A stretch of DNA of 64,000 nt from an uncultured delta proteobacterium. Lineage in GTDB: Bacteria; Desulfobacterota; RBG-13-43-22. Of this stretch, positions 1 through 12,473 are shown one piece after another (position 1 is the stretch's first letter; every line of letters starts with the position of its first letter). Both the position numbers and the translations under genes were made by a program. The stretch is from the NCBI GenBank assembly GCA_963802945.1, contig CAWDKY010000016.1:1-64000 (forward strand), written 5' to 3'. The notes below the pieces were generated by a model that was given only the letters and a program-made list of their open reading frames with translations, did not search any database and was not told the origin of the DNA.

Positions 1-3
1 CTC

Positions 4-46
4 AAACAAAAAAAGGCAAGTCCAAACGACTTGCCTTTTTTTGTTT
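4..46. terminator. Rho-independent (bidirectional-type) terminator of the atp operon
   Basis: Stem AAACAAAAAAAGGCAAGTC / GACTTGCCTTTTTTTGTTT with 5-nt loop, just downstream of the atpC stop. Confidence 0.85.
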
Positions 47-67
47 TATTAATTTTTTATATAAAAG

Positions 68-478
68 TTACCGGACTTTTTCGGCAATGCGCAGGCGCAC
101 CAGCGACCTTTTCAAGGCCGCTTCGGCCCGCAGATAATCAATGGCCTCAGTCTTGGCCATGGCCAGGCGTTTTTCTGCCCGCTCCTTGGCCCGCCTGGCC
201 CTTTCGACATCAATCTCCCGAGCCCTTTCAGCCGCCAAGCCCAGGATGGTGACTTTATTATTGGAAACCTCGGCAAACCCTCCGGTCACAACCAGATATT
301 CCACCTGGTTGTCTTTACGATAACGCAGTTCGCCCGTTTGAAGGGTGGTCAGAAATGGGATGTGATTGGGCAGGATGCCGAATTCCCCCAAGGCACCATT
401 GGCCATGACAATATCCACCTTCTCCTTGACCACCAGTCGGTCTGGAGTAACCACTTCTAATTCAAGTTGTTCCGCCAT
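68..478 (-). CDS. atpC: F1 ATP synthase subunit epsilon
   Basis: LEVVTPDR, GEFGILPNH motifs, C-terminal helical hairpin; last gene of the atp operon. Confidence 0.97.
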   Translation of the reverse strand: MAEQLELEVVTPDRLVVKEKVDIVMANGALGEFGILPNHIPFLTTLQTGELRYRKDNQVEYLVVTGGFAEVSNNKVTILGLAAERAREIDVERARRAKERAEKRLAMAKTEAIDYLRAEAALKRSLVRLRIAEKVR

Positions 479-505
479 GATATTTTACCGCCTATTCATC
501 TTATG

Positions 506-1963
<1,458 letters not shown>

Positions 1964-1994
1964 TTAACCTTATACTAAAATAATTAAGCAAGTA

Positions 1995-2072
1995 TTCTGG
2001 GATTCGCGGTGTTGAGTTCTTGTTTTTTTAGTTTCCACTTTGAATCCTTGACCCCTTGAATCCTCGAATCTT
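1995..2072. repeat. Intergenic 8-nt-period tandem repeat (TTGAATCC-type)
   Basis: TTGAATCC TTGACCCC TTGAATCC TCGAATC between atpG and atpD, with a short inverted GGATTC arm upstream. Confidence 0.7.
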
Positions 2073-2077
2073 TTTAT

Positions 2078-2949
2078 TTATTTCTTTAAAGCCTCTGCCC
2101 CGCCGACAATATCCATCAGTTCCTTGGTAATAGCGCTTTGGCGGGCTTTGTTGTAAATTAAGGTCAAGCTGTTGATCAGATCCTTGCAGTTCCGTGTGGC
2201 ATTATCCATGGCCGTCATCCGGGCGGCATGTTCGCTGGCCGCATTTTCCAGCATGCCCCGGTAGATTTGAACATTGATATACCGGGGCAATAAATCCTGC
2301 AATATTCCCTCTACCGAGGGTTCATAGAGATATTCCAGTCCCTGTGGCCTCTTCCTCTTTTTCTGTTAAGGGGGCGATGGGCAGCAAGCGAAGCATTTTA
2401 GGCCTTTGAACGGCCATATTAATAAATTCACCGTAGAGGATATAAACCTCGTCCGATCCGCCTGACAGGAAGTTTTCTATGACTATCCCGTCCGATACCG
2501 GTGGCTGTCGCCGGATCAAAGGAATTAAAAATATCCGTGTACTGGGAACGGACGTCATATTTTCTGCGCTTAAAATATTCGGCTCCTTTTTTACCCACCG
2601 GAACCAGAGAAGTTTCCACTTGTTCCTGTTTCCTGGCCTTAATAAACTTCTCGCCGGCATTGATCAGGTTGACGTTAAAGCTTCCGCAAAGACCCCGGTC
2701 GGCCGTAAGTGAAATCAATTCCACCTTTTTTACCGGTCTTGCATTCATCAATGGGAAGGCCTCGGGATCAACCCGGGAAGAAAGATTATTGATGACCTCC
2801 AGAAATTTTCCGGCATAGGGGCGGAAATTTTCCATCCGTATCTGGGCGCCCCGCAATTTCGATGCGGCCACCATGTTCATGGCCTTGGTAATCTGCTGGG
2901 TCTTTTTTACGGCCCCGATTTTTCTTCTTATATCTTGAAGTGTCGCCAT
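2078..2949 (-). CDS. atpG: F1 ATP synthase subunit gamma (split by two +1 frameshifts, probably sequencing errors)
   Basis: N-term [11 protein letters not shown]...[22 protein letters not shown]-term [17 protein letters not shown]; removing one base at ~2488 and one at ~2341 restores a continuous frame. Confidence 0.93.
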
Positions 2950-2966
2950 GCTTAAGACTCTCTATT

Positions 2967-3043
2967 GAGCTGTTAGCTTTCAGCTATCAGCCCTCAGCTA
3001 AAAAAGTAATTTTTCCGTTGATCGCCGATCGCTGACTGCTGTT
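2967..3043. repeat. Inverted-arm 7-nt-period tandem repeat
   Basis: Left arm TAGCTTT CAGCTAT CAGCCCT CAGCTA; right arm GTTGATC GCCGATC GCTGACT GCTG in the opposite orientation. Confidence 0.7.
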
Positions 3044-3045
3044 TG

Positions 3046-4563
3046 CTATTTTATTTGTGCTTGGAACTGGGTCTTGAATTCTCCAATGGCTTTTTTCATT
3101 TTTTCTTCCAATTCCGGGCTGATTTCCTTCTTTTCTTTGATTTCGGAAAGAAGGGCCTGATGTTTGGATTCCATAAAGGCAATCATCTGTGTCTCAAAAT
3201 CCTTCAGTACATCCACGGAGAGATCATCCAAGAACCCGCGGGCACCTGAAAATAGACTGATAATCATCTTTTCCATTGGCATAGGTTGGAACTGAGGTTG
3301 CTTGAGGATCTCCACCAGACGGACACCGCGGTTTAACTGGGCCTGGGTGGCCTTGTCGAGCTCACTGCCGAACTGGGCAAAGGCCGCCAATTCCCGATAT
3401 TGGGCCAGGTCCAAACGCAGGCTTCCGGCCACTTGCTTCATGGCCTTGACCTGGGCATTACCACCGACCCGGGAAACCGAAAGACCGACGTTGATGGCCG
3501 GCCGTACCCCGGAGAAAAACAGACCCGGTTCCAGATAAACCTGCCCGTCGGTAATGGAAATAACGTTGGTCGGGATGTAGGCCGACATGTCGCCGGCCTG
3601 GGTTTCAATGATCGGCAAGGCGGTCAAACTGCCGCCGCCCAGATCGTCCCGCACCTTGGCCGCGCGCTCCAGCAGACGGGAATGGTTGTAAAAAATGTCG
3701 CCGGGGAAAGCCTCCCGTCCGGGAGGACGGCGAAGGAGCAGAGAAAGCTGCCGATAGGCCACGGCCTGTTTGGAAAGGTCATCGTAGATCACCAGGGCAT
3801 GCCGGCCTGAATCGCGGAAATATTCTCCCATGGTGCAGCCGGCAAAGGCGGCGATATACTGCATCGGGGCCGGGTCGCTGGCACAGGCGGCCACGACGAC
3901 GGTTTTGTCCATAACCCCGTTGCGTCGAAAGGCCTCAACTACCTGGGCCACGGTGGATTTTTTCTGACCGATGGCCACATAAATACAAAAAATATCCGAA
4001 TCTTTCTGGTTGATGATGGCATCCACGCACAGGGCGGTCTTCCCGATCTGCCGGTCACCGATGATCAGCTCCCGCTGGCCGCGGCCAATGGCGGTCATGG
4101 CATCAATGGCCTTATATCCGGTGTACATGGGTTCTTTCACCGGCTGACGTTCGATAACCCCGGGGGCCTTCAACTCGATTTTCCGGAATTCCTTGGCATT
4201 GAGCGGGCCCTGGCCGTCTATGGGAGTTCCCACGGCATCGATGACCCGTCCCAGAACGGCCTCACCCACCGGGACTTCGGCGATTCGACCGGTCCGTTTG
4301 ACCACATCCCCTTCCTTGATATGGATGTCTTCCCCCAGGATGGCACAACCGACATTGTCTTCTTCCAAGTTCAGGGCAATGCCGTAAATGCCTCCGGGAA
4401 ATTCCAGAAGCTCCATGGCCATGGTTTTTTCCACCCCATAAACCCGGGCGATACCATCTCCGACGGACAGGACGGTCCCTGTCTCGCTGAGTTCCACTTT
4501 TTTATCAAAATCTTGAATCTGCTGTCTTATAACTTGACTGATTTCTTCGGCTCTGATTTCCAT
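3046..4563 (-). CDS. atpA: F1 ATP synthase subunit alpha
   Basis: [32 protein letters not shown]. Confidence 0.99.
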   Translation of the reverse strand: MEIRAEEISQVIRQQIQDFDKKVELSETGTVLSVGDGIARVYGVEKTMAMELLEFPGGIYGIALNLEEDNVGCAILGEDIHIKEGDVVKRTGRIAEVPVGEAVLGRVIDAVGTPIDGQGPLNAKEFRKIELKAPGVIERQPVKEPMYTGYKAIDAMTAIGRGQRELIIGDRQIGKTALCVDAIINQKDSDIFCIYVAIGQKKSTVAQVVEAFRRNGVMDKTVVVAACASDPAPMQYIAAFAGCTMGEYFRDSGRHALVIYDDLSKQAVAYRQLSLLLRRPPGREAFPGDIFYNHSRLLERAAKVRDDLGGGSLTALPIIETQAGDMSAYIPTNVISITDGQVYLEPGLFFSGVRPAINVGLSVSRVGGNAQVKAMKQVAGSLRLDLAQYRELAAFAQFGSELDKATQAQLNRGVRLVEILKQPQFQPMPMEKMIISLFSGARGFLDDLSVDVLKDFETQMIAFMESKHQALLSEIKEKKEISPELEEKMKKAIGEFKTQFQAQIK

Positions 4564-4565
4564 AC

Positions 4566-5117
4566 TTAGACACCCTCACCCCTTCTTAAGGATTCTGTTA
4601 AACTCTTAAGCTGAGTTTTTAAACTTCCATCCAAGGTCAAATCCCCCACCTGGGCGATAATCCCGCCTATGATGGAAGGGTCTTGTTTGACCGTGACCAC
4701 AACTTCTTTTTGAACGACCTCTTTCAAGGCCGTCTGGATTCTTTGAACGATATCATCGCTGAGCTGGATCGCAGTGGTGACCAAGGCCCTTTTGATATTG
4801 GACAGCTCATCGGTCAACTGAGCATAGTAGACACTGATATCTTCCACATATCGGATGCGCCCCTTGATCATGAGAAGCTGAATAAAATGAGTAACAATCG
4901 GGGAGAACCCGGCCTTTTCCAATATCGCTTTCAGGAGTTTGTTCCGACTGGTAAAATCATAGATCGGACTTTGGAGAACATATTGGGCCTGAGTCTCTCT
5001 CTTCAATAAATCACAAAAGGCCTTTAGCTCTTCCCCATATTGAAGATAGTTCCCGTCTTCTTTTCCCAGGGAGAGAAGCGCCCTTGCATATCTTCGGGAA
5101 ACAGTAAAATTTCTCAA
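4566..5117 (-). CDS. atpH: ATP synthase subunit delta
   Basis: SRRYARAL N-term, DPSIIGGII...DGSLKTQL C-term; operon position. Confidence 0.96.
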   Translation of the reverse strand: MRNFTVSRRYARALLSLGKEDGNYLQYGEELKAFCDLLKRETQAQYVLQSPIYDFTSRNKLLKAILEKAGFSPIVTHFIQLLMIKGRIRYVEDISVYYAQLTDELSNIKRALVTTAIQLSDDIVQRIQTALKEVVQKEVVVTVKQDPSIIGGIIAQVGDLTLDGSLKTQLKSLTESLRRGEGV

Positions 5118-5771
5118 TTAATGGGTCACCACCTTTGCCAAGTATTCACCGATCATGAGTTTTTGATCGTTCTCGGTGATATTCTTTTTCAATAATTCCT
5201 CGGCCATCCGAACGGCCGTTTCAGACATTTCCTGCTTCAGGGATTGACCGGCCTTCTGCATTTCCTGCTGGATGGTTATTTGGGCCTGATCAACGATCCG
5301 TGAAGCCGTTTTTTGAGCATTGTCAATGATTTTTTGTTTTTCTTTTTCGCCTTCGATCTTGAATTCGGCCAGAATGGCCTCTCGTTCCTGGTTGATATTG
5401 GAAACCCGTTTCTCCAAGGCCTGAAATTCCCGAATAGCCTCTTCCTTTTTGGCCTCTAATTCCTGAAGTTCTTTTTGGATGGAATCCTTTCGATCTCCCA
5501 GGGCTTTCATTAAGGGTTTTCTCAGCAAATAAAAAAGAACCCCGAAAAAGATAATAAAATTAATGGCCCGGAATATGAGGTCCCAAATTCTTTCCGGAGT
5601 TTCCCCGCCGTGTCCGGCAGCCCCGCCGGCAGCCCCGCCTTCATTGCCGGAAGAGGCATAGACCAATCCTCCATAAAGAATCAGAAAACAAATCAAAGGG
5701 AGATAAGGTGCGATGGTTTTTAACAGGGTACGATAAAAGACTTGAATAGAAGAAAAACGAGGGGTAAACAT
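5118..5771 (-). CDS. atpF: ATP synthase Fo subunit b (with N-terminal extension)
   Basis: RAINFIIFFGVLFYLLRKP TM segment then long coiled coil. Confidence 0.93.
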   Translation of the reverse strand: MFTPRFSSIQVFYRTLLKTIAPYLPLICFLILYGGLVYASSGNEGGAAGGAAGHGGETPERIWDLIFRAINFIIFFGVLFYLLRKPLMKALGDRKDSIQKELQELEAKKEEAIREFQALEKRVSNINQEREAILAEFKIEGEKEKQKIIDNAQKTASRIVDQAQITIQQEMQKAGQSLKQEMSETAVRMAEELLKKNITENDQKLMIGEYLAKVVTH

Positions 5772-6198
5772 TTAAATCGTCCTCCCTAAAATCTTTTGGG
5801 CTATTTCCCGGGAGAAGGATGCTACTTCTTCGGAAAGCTTTTTTCCTGGCCTCTTCAACCTGCTGGGCGATTGTTTGCCGGTTTTGGGCTAATTCAGCCT
5901 CAATCTTTTGGTTGGCTTGCTGCAGAAGTTTTTTTTCTTCTTCCTGCCCCTGCAATTTAAAGAGGTTTTTTTGTTCAAAGCCGTCTTTTCTGGCCTGCAG
6001 TAACCTGTCCTGATAATCCTGATCCTTTTGAATCATATCCGAATGGGCTTTTTGGGCCTCTGCCGCCAGATGGGCGACCTTTTCCGCCCGCTGTTTCAGG
6101 ATGGTTCGAATAGGCTTATAAAGGAGGATATTTAAGATAAGCATCAACAAAAGGACGTTTATAATTTGGTATATAAGGGACTGGTCGATATTAATCAT
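5772..6198 (-). CDS. atpF2: ATP synthase Fo subunit b' (one +1 frameshift near the C-terminus)
   Basis: QIINVLLLMLILNILLYKPI; deleting one base of the T-run at 5839-5844 gives KKLSEEVASFSREIAQKILGRTI* ending at 5772. Confidence 0.9.
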
Positions 6199-6629
6199 TT
6201 TTTAACCCTTCCTGTATTTTAGAAAGATTAACCTGGAAGTAATAAAAGAAGTGTTTATGAGATTAATGATTTGATTTCATACACCATAAACAGGCATTTC
6301 TTATCGTATTTTTTATCTCCTGTCAAAGGTTTTTTGAAAAAAATTCTTAAATTACTTAAAGGCCACGACCTCCTGCTAACGGGCTTTACTTTTTAGGTTT
6401 TCTCGGGTTACTTTGATTTAACACATTGAAATTAATCATATATAATTTGTTTCCCGCCGGGTAGGATGGATTCAAATTCCTTGCCCCCTATCTCCCAAAA
6501 AGCCCGGACCAGCCGAAAATTCATTTTTTTCTGAATGCAAATGCCGACCATATAAGGAGCCAGTTCCGGTTTGAGGTCAAGATGGGGGAAAACACAGTTT
6601 AAGCGATTGGGAATATTGTAACAGTAATC

Positions 6630-6716
6630 AAGGGGACACTTCCTGTATGAAATGTCTTATCCGTTTCCAGGTGTGGCTTACCTTGGTGGGTGTTATAATT
6701 TAGGAAATGTCACTTT
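6630..6716. repeat. Short inverted repeat pair (GGGGACA-type, REP-like)
   Basis: AAGGGGACACTTCCT ... AGGAAATGTCACTTT. Confidence 0.4.
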
Positions 6717-6814
6717 TTCCCCTTTATTGCCGAAATTATTAACCTGTCCTTGGCCTTTCTTATTTATCCTTTTTCCCTTGACTTCTTTTCCATGATTATT
6801 TTATTTAACAATTT

Positions 6815-7303
6815 ATGCTTATAAAGAGAATCCTTACCCGATATTCATTTAAATCCCATACCAAAAAGAGAACTAAAAAGTATTGCCTTTGGCAGGGTAT
6901 CATGCTGGTGGGGATATTCCTCTTGACCACATCCGGAGTAGGAAGCCAAGGGCCGACTTTCCATTCTATCCTGACCAAAGACCAAATTTCACTTGCTCCG
7001 GATACCCGATTCTCCATTAATGATCGGATTTCCTTCCAGACCGTTTGGACCGGCCTTACAGGAACTCATGAAGAGAAGGTACGCTGGATCAGACCTAACG
7101 GGATAACCCATGAACAAACCAGACTGACTTTTACCATCCCCTCCGGAAACCCCTCTTATAGCACCTCAGCCTGCTGTTTGGAATTCCCAACAAAGCAAAT
7201 GGTTTTTATATCTGCTCATCGGCTGAGCTATCTCGGCACCTGGAGAGCTCAGCTATTCCTTGATGGAAGATTGTTGTCAGAATATTCTTTTTCTATCTAC
7301 TGA
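6815..7303 (+). CDS. Hypothetical exported beta-rich protein (true start may be downstream)
   Basis: Hydrophobic signal-like segment, W..PNG and GTWRAQLFLDG..L Ig-like pattern. Confidence 0.6.
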   Translation: MLIKRILTRYSFKSHTKKRTKKYCLWQGIMLVGIFLLTTSGVGSQGPTFHSILTKDQISLAPDTRFSINDRISFQTVWTGLTGTHEEKVRWIRPNGITHEQTRLTFTIPSGNPSYSTSACCLEFPTKQMVFISAHRLSYLGTWRAQLFLDGRLLSEYSFSIY

Positions 7304-7638
7304 GATTTAGAACCCCATTCCCCAGATAAGCCATTGAGAGTTTAATATTTTATTTAGTGATTTGCCTCCATCAATAATACTCTTAAGATTATTCTCCAAC
7401 GAATCGATGATCAAAGATTCCTGGATCTTCCTAAGCTTTAACAATGGTTCAAGCAATGCAATAGGATATTTAGTCAAATGATCGGAGACGTGTTTTAGGA
7501 CATGATTTAATGGGTTTGAAAAGTCTGCCTTGATAAAATCCGTTAACGGTAAAAATCGGCGATAAAACCTAAATTTGAACTAAAAATATATTTAATTCCA
7601 TTTAATTTGGCAACTTGATCGGATGATTGGCTAACCCA

Positions 7639-8274
7639 TTATCTCCAGATATTTAACCTGAAATAACCTAAATAAGCTAAAACCATATATATTATCGTTC
7701 TGCCTGTCCAACAAGCTGCAAACACTTTCCAGAATGAAACGCGTTTGGCTCCTAAACCCAGCAGAGCCGGTATTTGGAAAGGATTGGGTAATGCAAACAT
7801 AAAGAAAATAGAAGCGGTAGCATGACGATTTACACTGTTCATAACCTTTCCGACTTTATCAGTTTTAGCCAATCTACCCACTATGGCGTGGTAGTCCCTA
7901 TAAACCCAATCCGGGATTTTAAAGATTGTTAAAACCCGGTAACCGCCGAAACTGTACCCATATACCAGCATATGCCCAGTAGCGACTCCCAGCCCTGATA
8001 TAAGTGCCACCAATACCGGATTATAAAGGCCTCCCATCGTAAATACTATAACAGCGCAAAAAGTCGGTATAGCCAGGGGAGACCCGGTGATTAAGGCATT
8101 AATAAATAGACCCAGATAACTATATGTTTGCCGATGGGTGAAATAATCTCTGTGGCTCAACATTAAAACTATAACAACTATGGTGGCGACAAATATAACC
8201 TGCGAGACAATAATTAAGGCATATTTATTGAGCGTAGATCCCTTTTTAATTTTGAGTGTATCCACTTCCATCAA
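7639..8274 (-). CDS. VTT/DedA (SNARE-associated)-like membrane protein
   Basis: Multiple TMs, YNPVLVALISGLGVATG, ALPNPF..LGLGA, WTGRTI motifs. Confidence 0.7.
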   Translation of the reverse strand: MMEVDTLKIKKGSTLNKYALIIVSQVIFVATIVVIVLMLSHRDYFTHRQTYSYLGLFINALITGSPLAIPTFCAVIVFTMGGLYNPVLVALISGLGVATGHMLVYGYSFGGYRVLTIFKIPDWVYRDYHAIVGRLAKTDKVGKVMNSVNRHATASIFFMFALPNPFQIPALLGLGAKRVSFWKVFAACWTGRTIIYMVLAYLGYFRLNIWR

Positions 8275-9264
8275 TCAGATACGCTTTCCCGATAGTTGTA
8301 TATTCCCAACGTTCTCGGGGCTTGATATGGCTTTTCGTGAAATGTTTTCAAGGTCAACCGGGTTATCAATGTCTACTGAAAAAGTCGTAGAATGCGATTC
8401 GATAAAACGCATCTTTACGCATAAAGTGAGGTATATTGCTTGCACCAATTTAGACTCGGTTACTCTATTTCTAAGAAGATCGAATAGAATTTGAAGGAAC
8501 AAAAGCGCGCTACCTTTCCCTGCGATGCGGTAGGCAAAGCGACCCCAACCTAATACACTGTGCCTGTGATCACGGATATCTTGCCCCGCTTTAAAAAGAC
8601 TATTTAAAGAACGCCCCTGATTATCACATATCTCTACTCTATACGGACTATTATTATTCGCCTGTGTCGTTCGAAAAAGTCGACTATGAATCACATTTGT
8701 TGATTGAGGGCTATAATTATCACCCCATTCGTTGAGATGTATAGTTCTGAAGCGACGTTCTGCATATTCTTTCTTTAAGAGGCTATTCCTGATGACGGTG
8801 AAGTAAAAATCGGCATCGCTCTTAGCCGCTTGGTTTATTAAGGCATCAAAATCCCGAGAAGTTACCAAAGGGATATCACAGGGAACCACGAGGATGTGTC
8901 TGGGGTGGATGTTGTTTTCTCCAAAGAACTCAAACAGTTTCTCCATGCCGCTCATCACACTGTCTACTATCGTGGGCTGCGGCCTGTTGGATTTCACCAA
9001 AATGATTTTTTCATGAGGCGATATTGCTTTTTGCAGATCCTCATCCTGTTGATGTACGATGAAAACCTTTTCTACTTGTGAATGGCAGAGTGCTATCGAT
9101 ACATAGTCAACAACTGGCCTTCCTCTAAACGGCAGGAGAGCTTTGCATTTTATGTTTCCCAATTCAGGGAAGAGGGAGGTATGACCACAGGCAAGTACCA
9201 CTGCAACAACAGGTATATCTGTTGTTCCCTGCTGATTCAATGGGATTCGTGTGTTGTTGGTCAT
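8275..9264 (-). CDS. MobA-like nucleotidyltransferase family protein
   Basis: AVVLACG, KALLPFRGRPVVDYV, VPCDIPLV, SVDIDNPVDL. Confidence 0.8.
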   Translation of the reverse strand: MTNNTRIPLNQQGTTDIPVVAVVLACGHTSLFPELGNIKCKALLPFRGRPVVDYVSIALCHSQVEKVFIVHQQDEDLQKAISPHEKIILVKSNRPQPTIVDSVMSGMEKLFEFFGENNIHPRHILVVPCDIPLVTSRDFDALINQAAKSDADFYFTVIRNSLLKKEYAERRFRTIHLNEWGDNYSPQSTNVIHSRLFRTTQANNNSPYRVEICDNQGRSLNSLFKAGQDIRDHRHSVLGWGRFAYRIAGKGSALLFLQILFDLLRNRVTESKLVQAIYLTLCVKMRFIESHSTTFSVDIDNPVDLENISRKAISSPENVGNIQLSGKRI

Positions 9265-9483
9265 TTCATCCTCAGTCGCTTAATACCATTAGAGCTAAAA
9301 TGATAATAGTAACTGCCTGTGATTTTTATTATGGTAATTATATATCCGTCTCAACTTATCGACAACAATCTCAATCAACAGCGAATTGAATCCTATTCAA
9401 TGTTACCAAGAGGGTTAAACTCAAAGGATCGTTGACTCATAATGAATGTTACCGGAAGGAAGTGTTCGGTAGGAGGAAAAATT

Positions 9484-9762
9484 ATGAGTCCACGATCGAA
9501 AAAAGGATACCTGGGGGCCATTGCCAAACGATATAAAAAGGCCACTAAAAACCAAATGCGCTTGATTTTGGATGAATACTGTGGCGGCTACCCAATATCA
9601 TCGAAAGCATGCCATACATCTACTCAAGGGCATTAAACGGTTCACCAAGCCCCAACCTAAGCCACGAGGTCCCAAGCCTCTGTATGACCCTCCAGAACTG
9701 CTAAAGGCCTTAAGAAAAATTTGGCTGTCAGCCAATCAGCCCTGCTCCACCTGGTTGAAAGC
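9484..9762 (+). pseudogene. Truncated, frameshifted IS transposase N-terminus
   Basis: MSPRSKK.YL.AI.KRYKKA...ILDEYC / YHRKHAI.LL...KIWLSANQPCS..LKA pattern of integrase-core transposases; no catalytic domain follows. Confidence 0.75.
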
Positions 9763-10347
9763 CAAGGACCAGTTTCATCTTCCGGGATTCCGCCTTCTTA
9801 TCATGTTGGAAGACTGGAAAAAATTTAACCCCCGTCGAAAAGGATGGGATCAGCCTCCTTTTTCAGCCGAATCGTTTAATTCGACCTCGGGAAATAGCGC
9901 TGGGCCGCATCGCTGCCTTTTAGAATGCCCTTATTGCTCAGCTCGATCTCTCGACATCCGGACGGTCGGCAAAAAGACCGACAATGGCCTTGTGGGCGCC
10001 TAGGTTGATATAATGGCAGTAAAAAGAATGCAGCTTTTATATGGCGATATAATCCATCAAATGTCAAGCGCTATTTTCCGTTTTTTCTCAAATTCAAACC
10101 TTAAAATAGCCGGTTTAATTTTTATTTTAAGACTTAAGAAAATCGCCTGCTTCAATTTAAGGATGCTGACGAAAATTTTCTGACTCAAAGCCCTTTACTT
10201 TTCCAAAAAAAAGTCCCAAAATATCTGAACAAGGAATGTTTGGCCATCTCGGGGTGGTGTTTAACTGGCTCCTCAATCCAAACCACTGGAGTCCTTCATT
10301 TACCCTAATGCAACTTTGAAAGTTTACTATGTGAAAGGAATGACAAA

Positions 10348-11049
10348 ATGATTTCTCTCCCAAGATTTACAGGATTTCCAAAACAGACGGTCACCTTTTT
10401 CCGCAACCTCACCAAAAACAACAACAAAATGTGGTTTGATCAAAACAAGGAGGTTTATGAACAGCAGGTTGTGATTCCGGCCAGGGATTTTATCGCGGCT
10501 ATGGGTGATAAGTTGAAAAAGATCGCCCCTGGGGTTCATGCCGATCCGCGGGTCAACAAGTCTATTTTTCGCCTCAACCGGGATATCCGTTTCAGTCATG
10601 ACAAGACCCCTTATAAGACCCATCTGGGGCTTTGGTTCTGGGAAGGCCAAAGGCCTCGAATGGAATGTTCCGGATTTTATTTCCATCTGGACCCGAACAG
10701 GTTCATGCTGGGAGTCGGGCTGTATGCTTTCCCCAAAGATATGCTGGAAACCTATCGCCAGTCCGTTGTCAATCCCAAATATGGACCTGCCCTGACTAAG
10801 GCCATAGCGGGTATCAAGAAAAACAAGGATTACTACATAGGTGAGCAGCACTATAAAAAAACACCTCAAGGGTATGATCCCGCCCATAAAAATGCCGAGT
10901 ATCTGCTTTATGACGGACTCTTTGCCGGAGTGGAACTGCCCATTTCGACCGAATTGTTTTCCGAAGGGTTGGTGGATTTCTGTTTTGAGCATTATAAAAA
11001 AATGGCCCCCCTTCACCATTGGCTGCTGGCCCTGACCGAAAGGGTTTGA
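10348..11049 (+). CDS. DUF2461 family protein
   Basis: [31 protein letters not shown]. Confidence 0.9.
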   Translation: MISLPRFTGFPKQTVTFFRNLTKNNNKMWFDQNKEVYEQQVVIPARDFIAAMGDKLKKIAPGVHADPRVNKSIFRLNRDIRFSHDKTPYKTHLGLWFWEGQRPRMECSGFYFHLDPNRFMLGVGLYAFPKDMLETYRQSVVNPKYGPALTKAIAGIKKNKDYYIGEQHYKKTPQGYDPAHKNAEYLLYDGLFAGVELPISTELFSEGLVDFCFEHYKKMAPLHHWLLALTERV

Positions 11050-11153
11050 AGGGGGAATACTGCAACGGGTTGAAGATGGTCTTAATTCTAATGGGGGTAA
11101 CGGCCGGTCAGCCAAGCGTAGAGTCAGAAGATAAAGATGAGGTGAAACCAACT

Positions 11154-12167
11154 ATGACTAAAGAAAATCCGAATATAAAAATCGCCACCTTAGCCGGGGG
11201 GTGCTTTTGGTGCAGTGAAGCCGATTTTAGAAAAATAGACGGCGTGGTCAAAGTCATTTCAGGTTATACCGGCGGCCACAAAAAAAATCCCACCTATCAA
11301 GAGGTTTGCCAAGGATCCACGGGGCACGTGGAAGCGATACAAGTCCATTACGACCCAACGAAAATATCGTATCAAGGCCTACTTAATGTCTTCTGGAGAC
11401 ATATCGACCCGACGGATCCCGGCGGCCAATTTGCAGATCGCGGTCCGCAATACCATACCGCCATCTTTTATCATGACGAGGAGCAAAAAAAGCTGGCCGA
11501 GAAATCCAAAGAGGCATTGAATCGTTCCGGAAAGCTTAGCAAACCCATTGCTACTGAAATAAAACCCTTGGGTCCATTTTATGAAGCCGAGGAATATCAT
11601 CAGAATTATTGTCAAAGGAATCCCTTGAGATATAAAACCTATCGGTATGGGTCGGGCAGAGACCAATTTATCATAGAGAACTGGGGGAAAGCCAAACAGA
11701 ACCCTCCATCCAGAAAAAACCAGGAGTACCGGAAACCGGATGAAGCCGAGCTGAGAAAAAAACTCTTGCCCTTACAATTTGACGTGACGCAGAAAAACGG
11801 CACTGAACCTGCTTTTCAAAATCTCTACTGGGATAATAAAAAAGAAGGTATTTATGTGGATATCGTTTCAGGAGAGCCCCTGTTCAGTTCCCTGGATAAA
11901 TATGATTCAGGGACCGGTTGGCCAAGTTTCACTAAACCCCTGGAGCCGAACCATATTGTGGAAAAGGATGACCGCACCCTTTTGATGCAGCGTACCGAAG
12001 TCCGGAGCAGACAGGGTGATTCCCACATAGGGCATGTCTTTCCCGACGGCCCGAGGCCCACCGGACTTCGCTATTGTCTCAATTCTGCGGCCCTGCGTTT
12101 CATTCCCAAAGAGGATCTGGAAAAGGAAGGATATGGGGAATATAAAAAGCTTTTTAAAGAAAATTAG
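11154..12167 (+). CDS. msrAB: Bifunctional peptide-methionine sulfoxide reductase MsrA/MsrB
   Basis: [15 protein letters not shown] (MsrA); [24 protein letters not shown] (MsrB); ATG at 11154 after GAGGTG (ORF open from 11019). Confidence 0.95.
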   Translation: MTKENPNIKIATLAGGCFWCSEADFRKIDGVVKVISGYTGGHKKNPTYQEVCQGSTGHVEAIQVHYDPTKISYQGLLNVFWRHIDPTDPGGQFADRGPQYHTAIFYHDEEQKKLAEKSKEALNRSGKLSKPIATEIKPLGPFYEAEEYHQNYCQRNPLRYKTYRYGSGRDQFIIENWGKAKQNPPSRKNQEYRKPDEAELRKKLLPLQFDVTQKNGTEPAFQNLYWDNKKEGIYVDIVSGEPLFSSLDKYDSGTGWPSFTKPLEPNHIVEKDDRTLLMQRTEVRSRQGDSHIGHVFPDGPRPTGLRYCLNSAALRFIPKEDLEKEGYGEYKKLFKEN

Positions 12168-12268
12168 GGCCTCCGCCGAAAAGAAATACTGATCTTCATT
12201 TGATCCCTTGCTTCAATGTTCCTCTTAAGGATAATAAAACCATCGATAATAAGAAAGGGAAATGGATT

Positions 12269-12460
12269 ATGATAAAGGCGGCGGCCGTTGTTCAACTCCT
12301 CTTTATTCTCCTGATCGTCGGGTTTTGTACCTATCAGCTCTTTCAAGGCCGCTTTGATTTGGCCCTGGGTATGCTGCCTGTTCTGATGGGCTATTATTTA
12401 TTTATCACCGTCCGAAAAAGAAAAAATCTTTCTACTGAAGAAGATGATGAAGAGAGATAG
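12269..12460 (+). CDS. Small two-TM membrane protein
   Basis: Two hydrophobic segments and a charged tail; purine-rich RBS-like sequence upstream. Confidence 0.55.
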   Translation: MIKAAAVVQLLFILLIVGFCTYQLFQGRFDLALGMLPVLMGYYLFITVRKRKNLSTEEDDEER

Positions 12461-12473
12461 AAGACGGCCCATG

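Noticed and set aside
10327-11151. Long antisense ORFs (e.g. 10327-11151, 15059-15634, 16710-17651, 32521-32991)
   Set aside because: They are shadows of well-supported genes on the opposite strand and have no recognisable motifs
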